A stretch of 32,418 bases of DNA from Candidatus Micrarchaeota archaeon (lineage in GTDB: Archaea > Micrarchaeota > Micrarchaeia > Anstonellales > Bilamarchaeaceae), in assembly GCA_041694845.1 (NCBI GenBank), contig JBGFRY010000008.1:1-32418 (forward strand). Direction: 5' to 3'. The notes beneath the pieces were generated by a model. The model made no database searches. It was not told the DNA's origin and was given only the letters and a program-made list of their open reading frames with translations. Numbering within the stretch: the stretch's first letter is position 1; the number at the start of each line of letters is the position of its first letter. Shown here piece by piece: positions 17,773-27,525 of this stretch. A program made the translations under genes and the position numbers.

Positions 17773-19047
17773 CTAGAACTCAATAGTTTCAAAACCAGTG
17801 TAATCCTGCAGAAGCTTTGGCACTACAACTGTGTTACCTTCTTGATAATTTTCTAAAATAGCAATAAGACATCTGCCAACCGCAATCCCAGAACCATTCA
17901 AAGTATGCACAAACTGCGACTCTCCTTTGGCATTGCGGAATTTTATATTCGCTCTTCGTGCTTGAAAATCATTACAGTTAGAACATGATGAAATTTCCCT
18001 ATATCTATCTTGTGATGGTATCCATACTTCCAAATCATATGTTTTAGCACTTGCAAATCCAAGATCACCACTACATAATTCTATTACCCTATATGGTAAT
18101 TCCAATAATCGCAGAATCTCTTCTGCATCTCTCACCATTGACTCAAGTTCATTAAAACTATTCTCTGGATGGGCAAATTTTACGAGTTCAACCTTGTCGA
18201 ACTGATGCTGTCTTATCAAACCTTTTATATCCTTGCCATAGGCACCTGCCTCACGACGATAGCATGGTGTATATGCTGTTACTTTTATTGGTAAATTTTT
18301 TTCATCAATAATCTCATTTGTATATAAATTAGTAAGTGGGACTTCTGCTGTTGGGATTAACCACAGGTCATCATCTCTACATTTATATAATTCCATTTCA
18401 AATTTAGGTAACTGTCCAGTTCCAGTCATTATTTTTGTGTTTACAAGGTGAGGTGGTGCTATTTCAGTATAACCACGAGAGAGCTGTACGTTAAGCATGA
18501 AATTTATCAAGGCTCGTTCTAATTTTGCAACAGGTCCTTTGAGAATAGCAAACCTATGTTCTGCAAGTTTTACACCACCATCGAAATCAATCCAACCAGT
18601 TTTTGCACCAAGTTCATCGTGTGACAAAATATCGCTACTTTTTTTCTTAGGTGTCCCCCATTTTCTTATTTCTTTGTTTTTTTTCTCATTTTCACCTACT
18701 GGGACAGATTCATGTGGTAAATTAGGTAATAACAATGCAATATTTTTTATATCTGATTTAAGTTTTTGAGTTTGTTCTGTGATTTTTTTTATCTTTGCAC
18801 TTACGTGCGCTGATCTGTTAATCTCATCATCACATTTTTTTCCAGATTTTTTAGCATTTATTATCTCTACGTTTAGCTTATTCCTTTCTGCACGCAGTGT
18901 TTCTTCTTCTTTTTTTAGTGCACGCCATTTTTCATCCTGCAGTTTCGCACTTTCAACTAGATCTATTGATTCTTTTGGATAATTGCGCTTGTCTAATGCG
19001 TCCAACACTCTCTCTGGGTTTTTTCTAATTAAATTGATATCAAGCAT
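17773..19047 (-). CDS. serS: Serine--tRNA ligase (standard type)
   Basis: LIPTAEVP, YRREAG, IRQHQFDKVE, EISSCSNC and HTLNGSG motifs. Confidence 0.97.
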   Translation of the reverse strand: MLDINLIRKNPERVLDALDKRNYPKESIDLVESAKLQDEKWRALKKEEETLRAERNKLNVEIINAKKSGKKCDDEINRSAHVSAKIKKITEQTQKLKSDIKNIALLLPNLPHESVPVGENEKKNKEIRKWGTPKKKSSDILSHDELGAKTGWIDFDGGVKLAEHRFAILKGPVAKLERALINFMLNVQLSRGYTEIAPPHLVNTKIMTGTGQLPKFEMELYKCRDDDLWLIPTAEVPLTNLYTNEIIDEKNLPIKVTAYTPCYRREAGAYGKDIKGLIRQHQFDKVELVKFAHPENSFNELESMVRDAEEILRLLELPYRVIELCSGDLGFASAKTYDLEVWIPSQDRYREISSCSNCNDFQARRANIKFRNAKGESQFVHTLNGSGIAVGRCLIAILENYQEGNTVVVPKLLQDYTGFETIEF

Positions 19048-19097
19048 ATTAATGTATCTATATTCATATTTTTAATGGTTTCTTGAGGACTCATACT

Positions 19098-19754
19098 ATG
19101 GGAAATGAAGAATTGGAGAAGATGATAACTCATCTCAGATTCGCAGGATATCTTACCTCTAAAGATATTGAAACTGCAATGCTTTTGGTAGATCGTAGAT
19201 TTTTCGTACCAGAGAAATTAAAACAGTCTGCTTATGATGATTGTGCTTTACCTGTTGGATATGGACAAACAATATCTGCGCCTAATGTTGTTGCATTTAT
19301 GCTTGAAAAACTTGGGGTGAAAAAAGGAATGAGTGTTTTAGAGATTGGCACAGGGAGCGGATATAATACTGCATTGCTAGCAGAGATTGTTGGTTTGAAA
19401 GGAAAGGTAACTTCAATTGAGGTAGTTCAGGAACTGAGCAAATTAGCAAACGAAAACATAAAAAAATCTGGTAAAAATTACAAAAACATTTTTCTTATTG
19501 TTAGTGATGGAAGTGAGGGTTATTTACCAAACGCACCATATGACGCAATCGTTGTAACAGCAGCAATGCCTTGGCTTGATGAGAATCACCATTTAATAAA
19601 ACAACTAAAACCAAATGGGAAACTCATTGCTCCTGTTGGTGATCGTTATTTTCAGAACCTAATTTTGTATAATAAAAACATTGGGACATTTGAGAAAGTA
19701 CTTCCAGTTATTTTCGTTCCTTTATTAGGGAAATATGGATTTAAGAGAGAGTAG
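19098..19754 (+). CDS. pcm: Protein-L-isoaspartate O-methyltransferase
   Basis: GQTISAP, VLEIGTGSGY, APYDAIVVTAA and FVPL motifs. ATG 19098 follows GAGGA. Confidence 0.95.
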   Translation: MGNEELEKMITHLRFAGYLTSKDIETAMLLVDRRFFVPEKLKQSAYDDCALPVGYGQTISAPNVVAFMLEKLGVKKGMSVLEIGTGSGYNTALLAEIVGLKGKVTSIEVVQELSKLANENIKKSGKNYKNIFLIVSDGSEGYLPNAPYDAIVVTAAMPWLDENHHLIKQLKPNGKLIAPVGDRYFQNLILYNKNIGTFEKVLPVIFVPLLGKYGFKRE

Positions 19755-19820
19755 ATGAAAAACTTATACCGACAACATTATGCTTTTAAAACATAGCTGA
19801 AAAATACAATTGGTGAGATT

Positions 19821-20243
19821 ATGAATATTGGAGATGCAATTAGCAAAATAATAAGTAGCATTACTGGTTCTATCACAAGACAGGCAGGTAGCAAAATTAA
19901 TAGCAGTGTTGATAGTACGGTTCATAAGGCAACAAATCGAGCTGCAAGCTCAGTAACTAAGACTGTTGGTGGTGCAATATCAGCTGCTACTGTTAACGCA
20001 GATGATGAAATTAAGAAAATAAGTTTTTCAAGATTACCTGATGGAAGTTATAATTTAAGCTACAGTAACTCTAGAATCCAATCATTAACCAGACCTGAAA
20101 TTTCATTGGCAAAAGGAAAGGAAAAATCCAAAGCTCTATCAATTCTGTCTTCTTTACTTGTGTCAAAGCATCCTACTTTTAAAACAAAGAAGGTTGCAGA
20201 TGCAGTGGCAGAGCAAATATTTACTGATATACAAAAGGGATAA
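19821..20243 (+). CDS. Hypothetical protein (paralog A)
   Basis: 140-aa ORF with GGTGA RBS and a Ser/Thr/Gly-rich N-terminus. Resembles the next ORF. Confidence 0.7.
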   Translation: MNIGDAISKIISSITGSITRQAGSKINSSVDSTVHKATNRAASSVTKTVGGAISAATVNADDEIKKISFSRLPDGSYNLSYSNSRIQSLTRPEISLAKGKEKSKALSILSSLLVSKHPTFKTKKVADAVAEQIFTDIQKG

Positions 20244-20255
20244 TTGGGTATAACC

Positions 20256-20675
20256 ATGAGAATTTTAGATAATACAATCGGAAGTGTTGTTTCTAGTATA
20301 TCTTATGCAGTTACAAATATATTTAGTGGTATTGGGAGTGTAATTGGGGGTGTTATTGGGAAAAAAATAAGAGTTCCTGAAAAATGGGAAACTATTAAAG
20401 TTGATGAAGAAGAGAAAAAATTTATATTTGAGGGAAGTCTTTCTGAAGGATATGTGATCTATTATAAAGGTGATGAAAAAGCTGATAGCTCTGGTCGTGT
20501 GTCAGGGACGATAGGTCAGTATGATCTTCGTTCATTCCCAAAAGAAGAGAATTCTGCATTATATAATCTTATTTATAAACTTGAAGGAATACACGACTAT
20601 TTAAAGAATCGAGAATTGGCAACAAGGATTGCAAAAAAGATATATGCAGATGCATTATCAAAAGTTAAGAAATAA
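20256..20675 (+). CDS. Hypothetical protein (paralog B)
   Basis: ORF from ATG 20256 with a Gly-rich amphipathic N-terminus. Its C-terminal helix resembles the preceding ORF. Confidence 0.7.
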   Translation: MRILDNTIGSVVSSISYAVTNIFSGIGSVIGGVIGKKIRVPEKWETIKVDEEEKKFIFEGSLSEGYVIYYKGDEKADSSGRVSGTIGQYDLRSFPKEENSALYNLIYKLEGIHDYLKNRELATRIAKKIYADALSKVKK

Positions 20676-20944
20676 TAGGCGGAAGATATCTGTAGTAAAA
20701 TCACGAGCTAAACTGCACCACTTAATTTTTACGAATTCAAGCAAGATAAAAAAAGGTAAATATGCTTTTATCATACCATTATTCAGAGAATATCTAAAAA
20801 GGCGATATTAATATAATTTAACAAAAAATGTTAATATTTGTTTATATCCTGCACATCGAATTTTTCCGTGTGTTTCCATTGCACAGTGTACCTCACTAAA
20901 CTTTCTATTTATTTTTAGCTTTTTGCTTGCATTCGATAAAAGTA

Positions 20945-21481
20945 TTATAACAGCGATTGTAACCTTGCAACAGCACCTTCAACTTTTCTCTGTTGATTAT
21001 AAATTATCACGGCAGGTGCGCCGCTAAATGCTGAGTAAGTAGCCAGCAGATATCTATTTATGTTGTCATGATCAATAATTTCATCAATAGTTTGTGTATC
21101 GCGCACGCGAGTTTGATCCTTTTTTCTTCTTTCATGAATTTCCTTAGGCAGCGCAGTTATATAAACTAATTTACTAACAGCTAGTTTTTCCAAAAATCTA
21201 AATGGCAGTCCAGGATAATATCCACTAGGAGTATTTATTGAACAATGAGTATCAAGAATTACTTTACCACGTTCTCTTGCCAAAGCGCGTGCAACTGCTG
21301 ATTGAACCAATCTTTGCTTTTCTATAGAAAGATTTCTCATATCATCTCTATTAGTTATTCTATATTTCTTTTTTTCAATCTCAAACATCAAGTCGCCGTA
21401 GTTAATAATCTTATAATCGCTTTTCAACCTATTTAACACTGTAGATTTTCCTGCACCTGGTAAACCCATTACTATTATCAT
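20945..21481 (-). CDS. adkA: Archaeal adenylate kinase
   Basis: GLPGAGKST, INYGDLM, ILDTH and GYYPGLP motifs; downstream of secY. Confidence 0.95.
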   Translation of the reverse strand: MIIVMGLPGAGKSTVLNRLKSDYKIINYGDLMFEIEKKKYRITNRDDMRNLSIEKQRLVQSAVARALARERGKVILDTHCSINTPSGYYPGLPFRFLEKLAVSKLVYITALPKEIHERRKKDQTRVRDTQTIDEIIDHDNINRYLLATYSAFSGAPAVIIYNQQRKVEGAVARLQSLL

Positions 21482-21512
21482 TTGACCAACCTCTCACATA
21501 CATCAAATTTTA

Positions 21513-22913
21513 CTAGCTAACTATTTTTTTAAGAGTAGGATACAATTCAAACATCTGCATCTGCTCCATCTGTTCATACATTTTGTAAAGAATGCCAACA
21601 GTAAGCAATATTCCAGTTCCTGTACCTAATGCACCTGTTAAATCAGCTAATCCTGCGAGAACGCCTACAGCAGCAGAACCAAGAACAGTAAGTGGGAATA
21701 TATACTTACTTAAGATAGTTTCGAGCATTCTTGGATCATTTCTAAATCCCGGTATCTGCAAACCTGAATCTGAAAGTTGGTTAGCCATGGATTTTGCATC
21801 CATGTTCGCAGTTTCTACCCAGAATATACCGAATAAAATTGAAGCAAGCATTAGGAATAGTATGTACACTAACGCATGCACCCATTCAGGAATTTTAAAG
21901 ACAGGGGTTACATCTTTTGTTAAATATTCTATTTGACCCAATGTTCCTCTGTTTCCAGCATATATCGGTGTTATAAGGTAAATTAACCCCCCAATATGAT
22001 GTGTTAGTTGATATCCTTCAGCAGGAACAGGTTGTGATATTAACGTATAAGCGAACATCTGTACATTTACTAACAAAGCACTAGCAAATATAATCGGCAT
22101 AACAGATACATAAAAAAACCGTAATGGAAGTCTTGGTGCAAAACCTCTAATCCTTCCAAATGCGATTGGTATCTCAACCTTCATTCCCTCTGCATATATG
22201 CATACAAGAAACACAAGTATCATAAAAAAAAATGGTAATAAAGTAAGAAGCGCATTAGGTATTGCCTCTGCTTCGCCGCCACTTAAAATACTTACTACGC
22301 TATTAGGCCCGAATAAAAGATTTATAAAGCCGCTAAAGATAGCGAGTGAAACACCTGCAGCTATAAACAACGAAATTCCAGAGCCTATACCATATCTATT
22401 TGTAACCTCATCCATATATAAAAGAAAAACCGAACCTAATGCAATCTGCAGCACAACTAATGGCACTGTAAACTGTCCAAGAATACTATATACTGATGGA
22501 GAAATAAATACCATCGCACCTAATACGAAAAATGTCGCTTCAACAATTGCAATCACTATGGTAAGAACTTTTTGTACTTCGTGAAATTTCTGTTTATCAT
22601 TTTTATCCCGTAGATTTAATTTTAATATACCTGCGCCAACAAACAACTGAAGGAAAATACTTGCGAAAACAATAGGCCCTATACCAATTGTAAGGATGCT
22701 GCCTAGATTACTTGCAGTAATTGTTTGTATGAAATCAAAAGCCGTCTCTCTTTTTTCTACTCCAAAAACAGTGACATGATACATTATAAAAAACAAAATA
22801 AGTACGATGCCAGTCCATAACAAACGCTCTTTTGTTGTTGGTTGTCTGTCAGGTTTCTTTACTTCTGGGAGTATTTTTGCGATATTACTAAGGAGATTAA
22901 TAACAAAAGACAT
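21513..22913 (-). CDS. secY: Preprotein translocase SecY
   Basis: IGIGPIV, YGIGSGISLFIAAGV, LQIPGFR and GTGTGILLTV motifs. Confidence 0.97.
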   Translation of the reverse strand: MSFVINLLSNIAKILPEVKKPDRQPTTKERLLWTGIVLILFFIMYHVTVFGVEKRETAFDFIQTITASNLGSILTIGIGPIVFASIFLQLFVGAGILKLNLRDKNDKQKFHEVQKVLTIVIAIVEATFFVLGAMVFISPSVYSILGQFTVPLVVLQIALGSVFLLYMDEVTNRYGIGSGISLFIAAGVSLAIFSGFINLLFGPNSVVSILSGGEAEAIPNALLTLLPFFFMILVFLVCIYAEGMKVEIPIAFGRIRGFAPRLPLRFFYVSVMPIIFASALLVNVQMFAYTLISQPVPAEGYQLTHHIGGLIYLITPIYAGNRGTLGQIEYLTKDVTPVFKIPEWVHALVYILFLMLASILFGIFWVETANMDAKSMANQLSDSGLQIPGFRNDPRMLETILSKYIFPLTVLGSAAVGVLAGLADLTGALGTGTGILLTVGILYKMYEQMEQMQMFELYPTLKKIVS

Positions 22914-22924
22914 TGTTTAACCTC

Positions 22925-23347
22925 TCAACTTTGTTTCTCTATTGTTGTTAGTTTTCCTCCAAGTTTTTTAATCTTTTCCTCTGCATTTTTGCTCCAACAA
23001 ATCGCCTTTATTGAAATAGGAAAAGAAAGTTCTCCACTACCCAATATCTTTCCTTTAAATTCAAAATAAAATTTTCCATCTTTCTTTTCAATCTGATTAA
23101 GCAATATCTTTCTATTTATTTCAAAAAGATTTATTGTGAGTATGTGCGATTTTCTAGGTGGAACAAAACCATACTTGCCGAAATAGTTAGGTGCATATTT
23201 CACAGCCCATGTTCTCTTGTGCTTGCACATTCCTGCATTACCGCGTCCACCTCTGTTTCCACTGCCCCTTCTATTCTTTACATTGCCAGCACCACATGTT
23301 CGCAAGCCGCGATATTTGTTTATTTTTCTTCTCTTTCTTTTTGCCAT
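22925..23347 (-). CDS. rpl15: 50S ribosomal protein uL15
   Basis: RGSGNRGGRGNAG, FGKYGF and KILGSG motifs. Start 23347 or 23353. Confidence 0.95.
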   Translation of the reverse strand: MAKRKRRKINKYRGLRTCGAGNVKNRRGSGNRGGRGNAGMCKHKRTWAVKYAPNYFGKYGFVPPRKSHILTINLFEINRKILLNQIEKKDGKFYFEFKGKILGSGELSFPISIKAICWSKNAEEKIKKLGGKLTTIEKQS

Positions 23348-23384
23348 ATGCAAATCACTTTATTAATAGTAAAATTTCTATTTT

Positions 23385-23840
23385 TCAAATCATTCTTTTC
23401 AAAAAATCATCAATTAATTCGCGATATCCTAAGTCACCAAGCGGAAAATGTAATTTTAAATTTTTATACCCTTTTCTTGGAGGATGTAGTCTAAAAACTG
23501 GGTCAACAATACTATAAAGATTTTTTCCAGCTACTATATCACTCGCTATCCTTTTTATTTCTTCTTCATTTTTAAGCGCTCTTAAGCATCTCCCATTACA
23601 CTTCCCTCGTTTCAGTAACAATGCAACCAACATGTCACCAGATATTTTTCCAAACGTTACATAGTCTTTGATTCTTTCAAGCATACCTAAATTTAATGGC
23701 GTTGATTGAAGAAGCACGCAGTGATTTGGCTTGTTTAACCGCAGGTGTTCAAATGTTTTTTTGATTAATGGTTTCATGTTTCTTATTCCCCGAATACGAA
23801 CAACTGCAAACAAGTTAACATCTCCTTTTTCTTTTGTCAT
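23385..23840 (-). CDS. rpl30: 50S ribosomal protein uL30
   Basis: AVVRIRG, FRLHPPRKG and GDLGYR motifs. Confidence 0.95.
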   Translation of the reverse strand: MTKEKGDVNLFAVVRIRGIRNMKPLIKKTFEHLRLNKPNHCVLLQSTPLNLGMLERIKDYVTFGKISGDMLVALLLKRGKCNGRCLRALKNEEEIKRIASDIVAGKNLYSIVDPVFRLHPPRKGYKNLKLHFPLGDLGYRELIDDFLKRMI

Positions 23841-23841
23841 T

Positions 23842-24465
23842 TTAACTTTCCTCTACTTTTAAATTGTTAAGTGCGTCAAGTGCATTGATGGTAGCCATTG
23901 CAATATTATAAACGTTCTTTCCTCCTCTAGAAAAACTCCATATATCACTGATGCCTGCAGCAAAAAGAACTTTTTTTACTGTGTCACTAGCAGCAAGACC
24001 CAAACCATGTGGAGCTGGCTTTAAAATGACTATGCTACTGCCTTCTTTACCAATGGTTTTCTGTGGGATGGAATGCTTTTGATTGCATTTACACTCCCAA
24101 CTTCCACATCCAGTCTTTATTGAAATAATATTTTTCTTTGCATCGCTGACTGAGCATTCAATTGCTGGTTTTACCTCATCTGATTTCCCAACTCCAATAC
24201 CAACATGGCCATTTCTATCACCTAACACAGTAACTACACGAAACTGAGTCCTTTTTCCAGAGTCGGTTACTCTTTGAGTGGATTTAAGTTGTAGCGTTTC
24301 TGCTTCCATCTCTTGTAAAAGAAAATCAACTACTTCAGGTTCTATTATTCTTTGCCCTCTCTCAAAGATCTGTTCAATAGAGGATATCTCTCCTGACTTT
24401 ACCATCTTGCCAACTGTTGTTTTGGGTTGCCATTTTTCTATGTCAATAGGTTTTATTTTTTCCAT
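23842..24465 (-). CDS. rps5: 30S ribosomal protein uS5
   Basis: WQPKTTVG, GCGSWEC and LKPAPHGLGL motifs. ATG 24465 (GTG 24474 is an alternative). Confidence 0.95.
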   Translation of the reverse strand: MEKIKPIDIEKWQPKTTVGKMVKSGEISSIEQIFERGQRIIEPEVVDFLLQEMEAETLQLKSTQRVTDSGKRTQFRVVTVLGDRNGHVGIGVGKSDEVKPAIECSVSDAKKNIISIKTGCGSWECKCNQKHSIPQKTIGKEGSSIVILKPAPHGLGLAASDTVKKVLFAAGISDIWSFSRGGKNVYNIAMATINALDALNNLKVEES

Positions 24466-24473
24466 AAGAATCA

Positions 24474-24965
24474 CTAAGACGATAAAATTTTCTCTTTTAC
24501 ACTATTGAAAATTTCCTTAATTGTGCTAGGAACAGTATTAATTTTGTCAATAGGCACCATTTCTTCGTTATAAGAAGTTTCAATACCAGCATCAACAGCG
24601 CCTTTTAATGCTGCAAAAACAATAGCTCCCTTTGTTTTGCTGTGCATGCCAATATCTGCTATAAATTTGACAATTCCTTTTTTCTTTGCTTGTTTTGCTG
24701 CATACAATCCTATTAAATATGCAGTTAAGCAATTTCTCTTTGATGGCCAGCCAAAAATTTTCTTAAGTATTATTGAAGTAGTGCCATATTTAACTCTATC
24801 CCCATTTGGGCCAAATTCAACAAATTGAACGGTTATATCTCTGTTACTTTTTCGTATTATCATACGCGGAAATTTACCTTTTATAAGCCCTAATCTCTTT
24901 TGGTAATTTGTTTTTCCTTCTCTTCGTCTTCGATAAGGCATCCTATAAGTTGTTATTTTTGTCAT
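24474..24965 (-). CDS. rpl18: 50S ribosomal protein uL18
   Basis: RRRREGKTNYQKRL and FAALKGAVDAG motifs. Confidence 0.95.
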   Translation of the reverse strand: MTKITTYRMPYRRRREGKTNYQKRLGLIKGKFPRMIIRKSNRDITVQFVEFGPNGDRVKYGTTSIILKKIFGWPSKRNCLTAYLIGLYAAKQAKKKGIVKFIADIGMHSKTKGAIVFAALKGAVDAGIETSYNEEMVPIDKINTVPSTIKEIFNSVKEKILSS

Positions 24966-24970
24966 ATAAA

Positions 24971-25429
24971 TCAACTATCGGTTTTCTTTTCTTCTACAAT
25001 TGCTGCAAGTTTATCTGCTTTCACAAATCCATTCTCTTTTAAATATGTTAAAAGTGTTTTTTTGCTTTTAAACATTCCACTTTTTATTCTTCCATAGATA
25101 ATACGTTTGTGTTTTTTATCCAATACTCCTGTACTTACCATCTTTTTCAGATATGCACGCTGCGAGCGAATAACTTTCATCCACTTCTTTTTACGGTCTG
25201 TAGAAGGTCTACCTCTAATATTCGCAGCCCCTCTTTTTCTTTTCTTTTCTTTTTTTCTTCTTCCTTTTTTTTCTTTAGCATCTATTGTGCCATCATTTAT
25301 CAATGCATTTACATCTGCATGTGTGAATGCTTCCAATACCTGTTTAATATTCTCTGGCTTTATGCGGATTTTATTTATACCAACATTAAGTATGTCAGCA
25401 GCCATGCGTTTTACGCTTTTAACTGTCAT
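24971..25429 (-). CDS. rpl19e: 50S ribosomal protein L19e
   Basis: KRMAADIL, WMKVIRSQRAYLK and KSGMFKS motifs. Confidence 0.94.
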   Translation of the reverse strand: MTVKSVKRMAADILNVGINKIRIKPENIKQVLEAFTHADVNALINDGTIDAKEKKGRRKKEKKRKRGAANIRGRPSTDRKKKWMKVIRSQRAYLKKMVSTGVLDKKHKRIIYGRIKSGMFKSKKTLLTYLKENGFVKADKLAAIVEEKKTDS

Positions 25430-25465
25430 TTAAAAACCTCTCATGATTCTTCCGCATCTCCTATT

Positions 25466-25819
25466 CTATATGTTTAATACATCCAACCCAAGTTCTTGTG
25501 CTTTTATAACTAACAAATTTCTTTTTTTCTGTCCAACTGAACTTGCAATCATCACTGCAACTTTATGTTTTTCTTTTGCTGCATTCCCAAGTTGAGCCAT
25601 GTTACTTACAACTACCTCTTTTTTTCCACTTATACGTATTCCTCTTAAACTTGAAGGATTTTTATAGCCTATGCGAGGGGAAGCACCTGCAAATGCGCAT
25701 CGAATTCTCTTCTTATTATCAATTCCCCTTGGCTTTCGCCATCTCTCTTTTACACGCTTCATGAAACCAAAGTTCATTACATTAAATTTTGGTTTTTTCT
25801 TTTTTTTCTTTAATACCAT
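25466..25819 (-). CDS. rpl32e: 50S ribosomal protein L32e
   Basis: WRKPRGIDNKKR and PRIGY motifs. Confidence 0.95.
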   Translation of the reverse strand: MVLKKKKKKPKFNVMNFGFMKRVKERWRKPRGIDNKKRIRCAFAGASPRIGYKNPSSLRGIRISGKKEVVVSNMAQLGNAAKEKHKVAVMIASSVGQKKRNLLVIKAQELGLDVLNI

Positions 25820-25860
25820 TTGTTACTCCCTTTATTTTTTATTTTGCTATACTTTATTAT

Positions 25861-26346
25861 CTATTCTATTATATACACTCCATCTTGAAACACGCGTGAA
25901 TCACGTTTTTTTATTTTTGTTGCAAGTTTCAAGTTTGAAATTGTTGCTCCAACTGTATCTTTGTTAACACCAGATACTAAGATGTCCTGGCCCTTTATTT
26001 CTACTTCTGTATCTCCTATAATCTTAGACTTTCTTGGAACCTTCTCACCAAGAAAATTCTTTATAATTACCTCTTTTCCTTTGACCTCAAACGTTATTGG
26101 AAAATGCGCATATATCACTTTCATTTTGATCTTGTATCCTTCTTTAACTCCTTTTACCATATTTTTTATGTGTGCTGTTATTGTCTTTATAAGCATTTTG
26201 TCCTTTCCGTTCACTTGAACACTTCCTATTTTTACTTCTACATTAACTGTTCTTGGCAATAACCTTTTAACTTCACCAAGAGGACCTGTAACTATAATGT
26301 GTTCGCCAGTTACATCAATCTTAACATTTTCTGGAATTATTACGAT
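25861..26346 (-). CDS. rpl6: 50S ribosomal protein uL6 (start probably non-canonical ATC/ATT)
   Basis: YAHFP, NFLGEK and DSRVFQDGVY motifs. Homologous N-terminus VIIPENVKIDV...VTGPLGEV extends upstream of the called TTG to about 26346. Confidence 0.92.
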   Translation of the reverse strand: MVIIPENVKIDVTGEHIIVTGPLGEVKRLLPRTVNVEVKIGSVQVNGKDKMLIKTITAHIKNMVKGVKEGYKIKMKVIYAHFPITFEVKGKEVIIKNFLGEKVPRKSKIIGDTEVEIKGQDILVSGVNKDTVGATISNLKLATKIKKRDSRVFQDGVYIIE

Positions 26347-26380
26347 AATTATCCCTCATAAAAACTATAATAAAAGAATT

Positions 26381-26767
26381 TCAATATACATATGCTAGTA
26401 ACCTGCCGCCAATACCCATCTTATCAGCTTCTATATTTGTTACTATTCCTTTTGAAGTTGATACTATCAAAAGACCAATGCCAACACCAGGAATCCATTG
26501 CTCCTCTTCTTTTGCCCATGCATTTCGCTTTACAGGTAATCTAGGTTTAATAACGCCGCAGTTATTTATTCTGCCAGCAAGTTTTATGCTATATAAACCT
26601 CCTATGTTATCATCAATTAATTTATAATCTTTTATATACTGATGCACCTTGAGTACGTTGAGTATCTCCTTTACCACTTTGCTAGCTTTTACTATACATA
26701 CGTTTTGACCAATCATCTCATGTGTTTTTATAGTATTCAACGCGTCAGCCAACCTATCAACTGCCAT
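26381..26767 (-). CDS. rps8: 30S ribosomal protein uS8
   Basis: DRLADAL, GRINNCGVIKPR, IVSTSKG and GGRLLAYVY motifs. Confidence 0.96.
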   Translation of the reverse strand: MAVDRLADALNTIKTHEMIGQNVCIVKASKVVKEILNVLKVHQYIKDYKLIDDNIGGLYSIKLAGRINNCGVIKPRLPVKRNAWAKEEEQWIPGVGIGLLIVSTSKGIVTNIEADKMGIGGRLLAYVY

Positions 26768-26826
26768 GAAAATCCCTCACTATTTGACTTTTGATAATTG
26801 ATATAAATGATATTTTATCCATAATC

Positions 26827-26988
26827 CTAATTACCATATTTTCTGAATCCTAAATCTTCACCGATTTCCCGGAAACAACGACGGCACACATATAATTCAT
26901 ATTTTCTTATTAGCCCTCGTGGATTACCACATATTTTGCAAACACGCTTCCCTTTTCCTTTAAATTTATCTACAAGTGGTACCTTCAT
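26827..26988 (-). CDS. rps14: 30S ribosomal protein uS14 (zinc-binding; below the ORF-track size cut-off)
   Basis: Manual translation MKVPLVDKFKGKGKRVCKICGNPRGLIRKYELYVCRRCFREIGEDLGFRKYGN*. Lies between rpl5 and rps8. Confidence 0.95.
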   Translation of the reverse strand: MKVPLVDKFKGKGKRVCKICGNPRGLIRKYELYVCRRCFREIGEDLGFRKYGN

Positions 26989-27007
26989 TTGATCTCAAAC
27001 CTCGTAA

Positions 27008-27520
27008 TTATTCTATTTTTGCATTTAGATTTGATTTTGTGAACTCTATTGCTTCATCTTTCTTTATTAAATGCAATTTCCCTATCTTTGATTTAGAAAT
27101 TTTTCGTAATTCAATCCGTTTTCCTTTTCTTTTTAATGTAACGCAAACATCAAAACCAAACATCCCTAATTTTGGATCGTATTTTGCACCAGGGAAATCT
27201 ATATATTCAGCAACGCCAAATGAAAAATTTCCTGTTCTGTCAAAATTTTTTTCATACAGTGTTTTTCTTTTTGCAGTCAGTGCTTTATTTAGAAACTCCA
27301 ATGCATCTTTTCCTCTGAGTGTGATTTTAGTGCCAATAGAAAGCCCTTTTCTTAATTTGAATACAGGATCTCTCTTTCGTGCTTTTGTCTCTATAACTTT
27401 TCTTCCAGTAAGTCTTGTAAGTAGCGTTTTTGCAGCTTCTAATCTTTCTCCTGGTGTGCCAACCCCAATATTGATAGTTACTTTGTCAATTACAATATCA
27501 CGCATAACATTATCGCTCAT
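27008..27520 (-). CDS. rpl5: 50S ribosomal protein uL5
   Basis: KVTINIGVG, KITLRG, GNFSFG and YDPKLGMFG motifs. Confidence 0.96.
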   Translation of the reverse strand: MSDNVMRDIVIDKVTINIGVGTPGERLEAAKTLLTRLTGRKVIETKARKRDPVFKLRKGLSIGTKITLRGKDALEFLNKALTAKRKTLYEKNFDRTGNFSFGVAEYIDFPGAKYDPKLGMFGFDVCVTLKRKGKRIELRKISKSKIGKLHLIKKDEAIEFTKSNLNAKIE

Positions 27521-27525
27521 TCTTT

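Noticed and set aside
20629-20811. 60-aa ORF as an intact gene
   Set aside because: It overlaps the previous gene and has a weak start; only the tail looks protein-like (reported as a possible relic).
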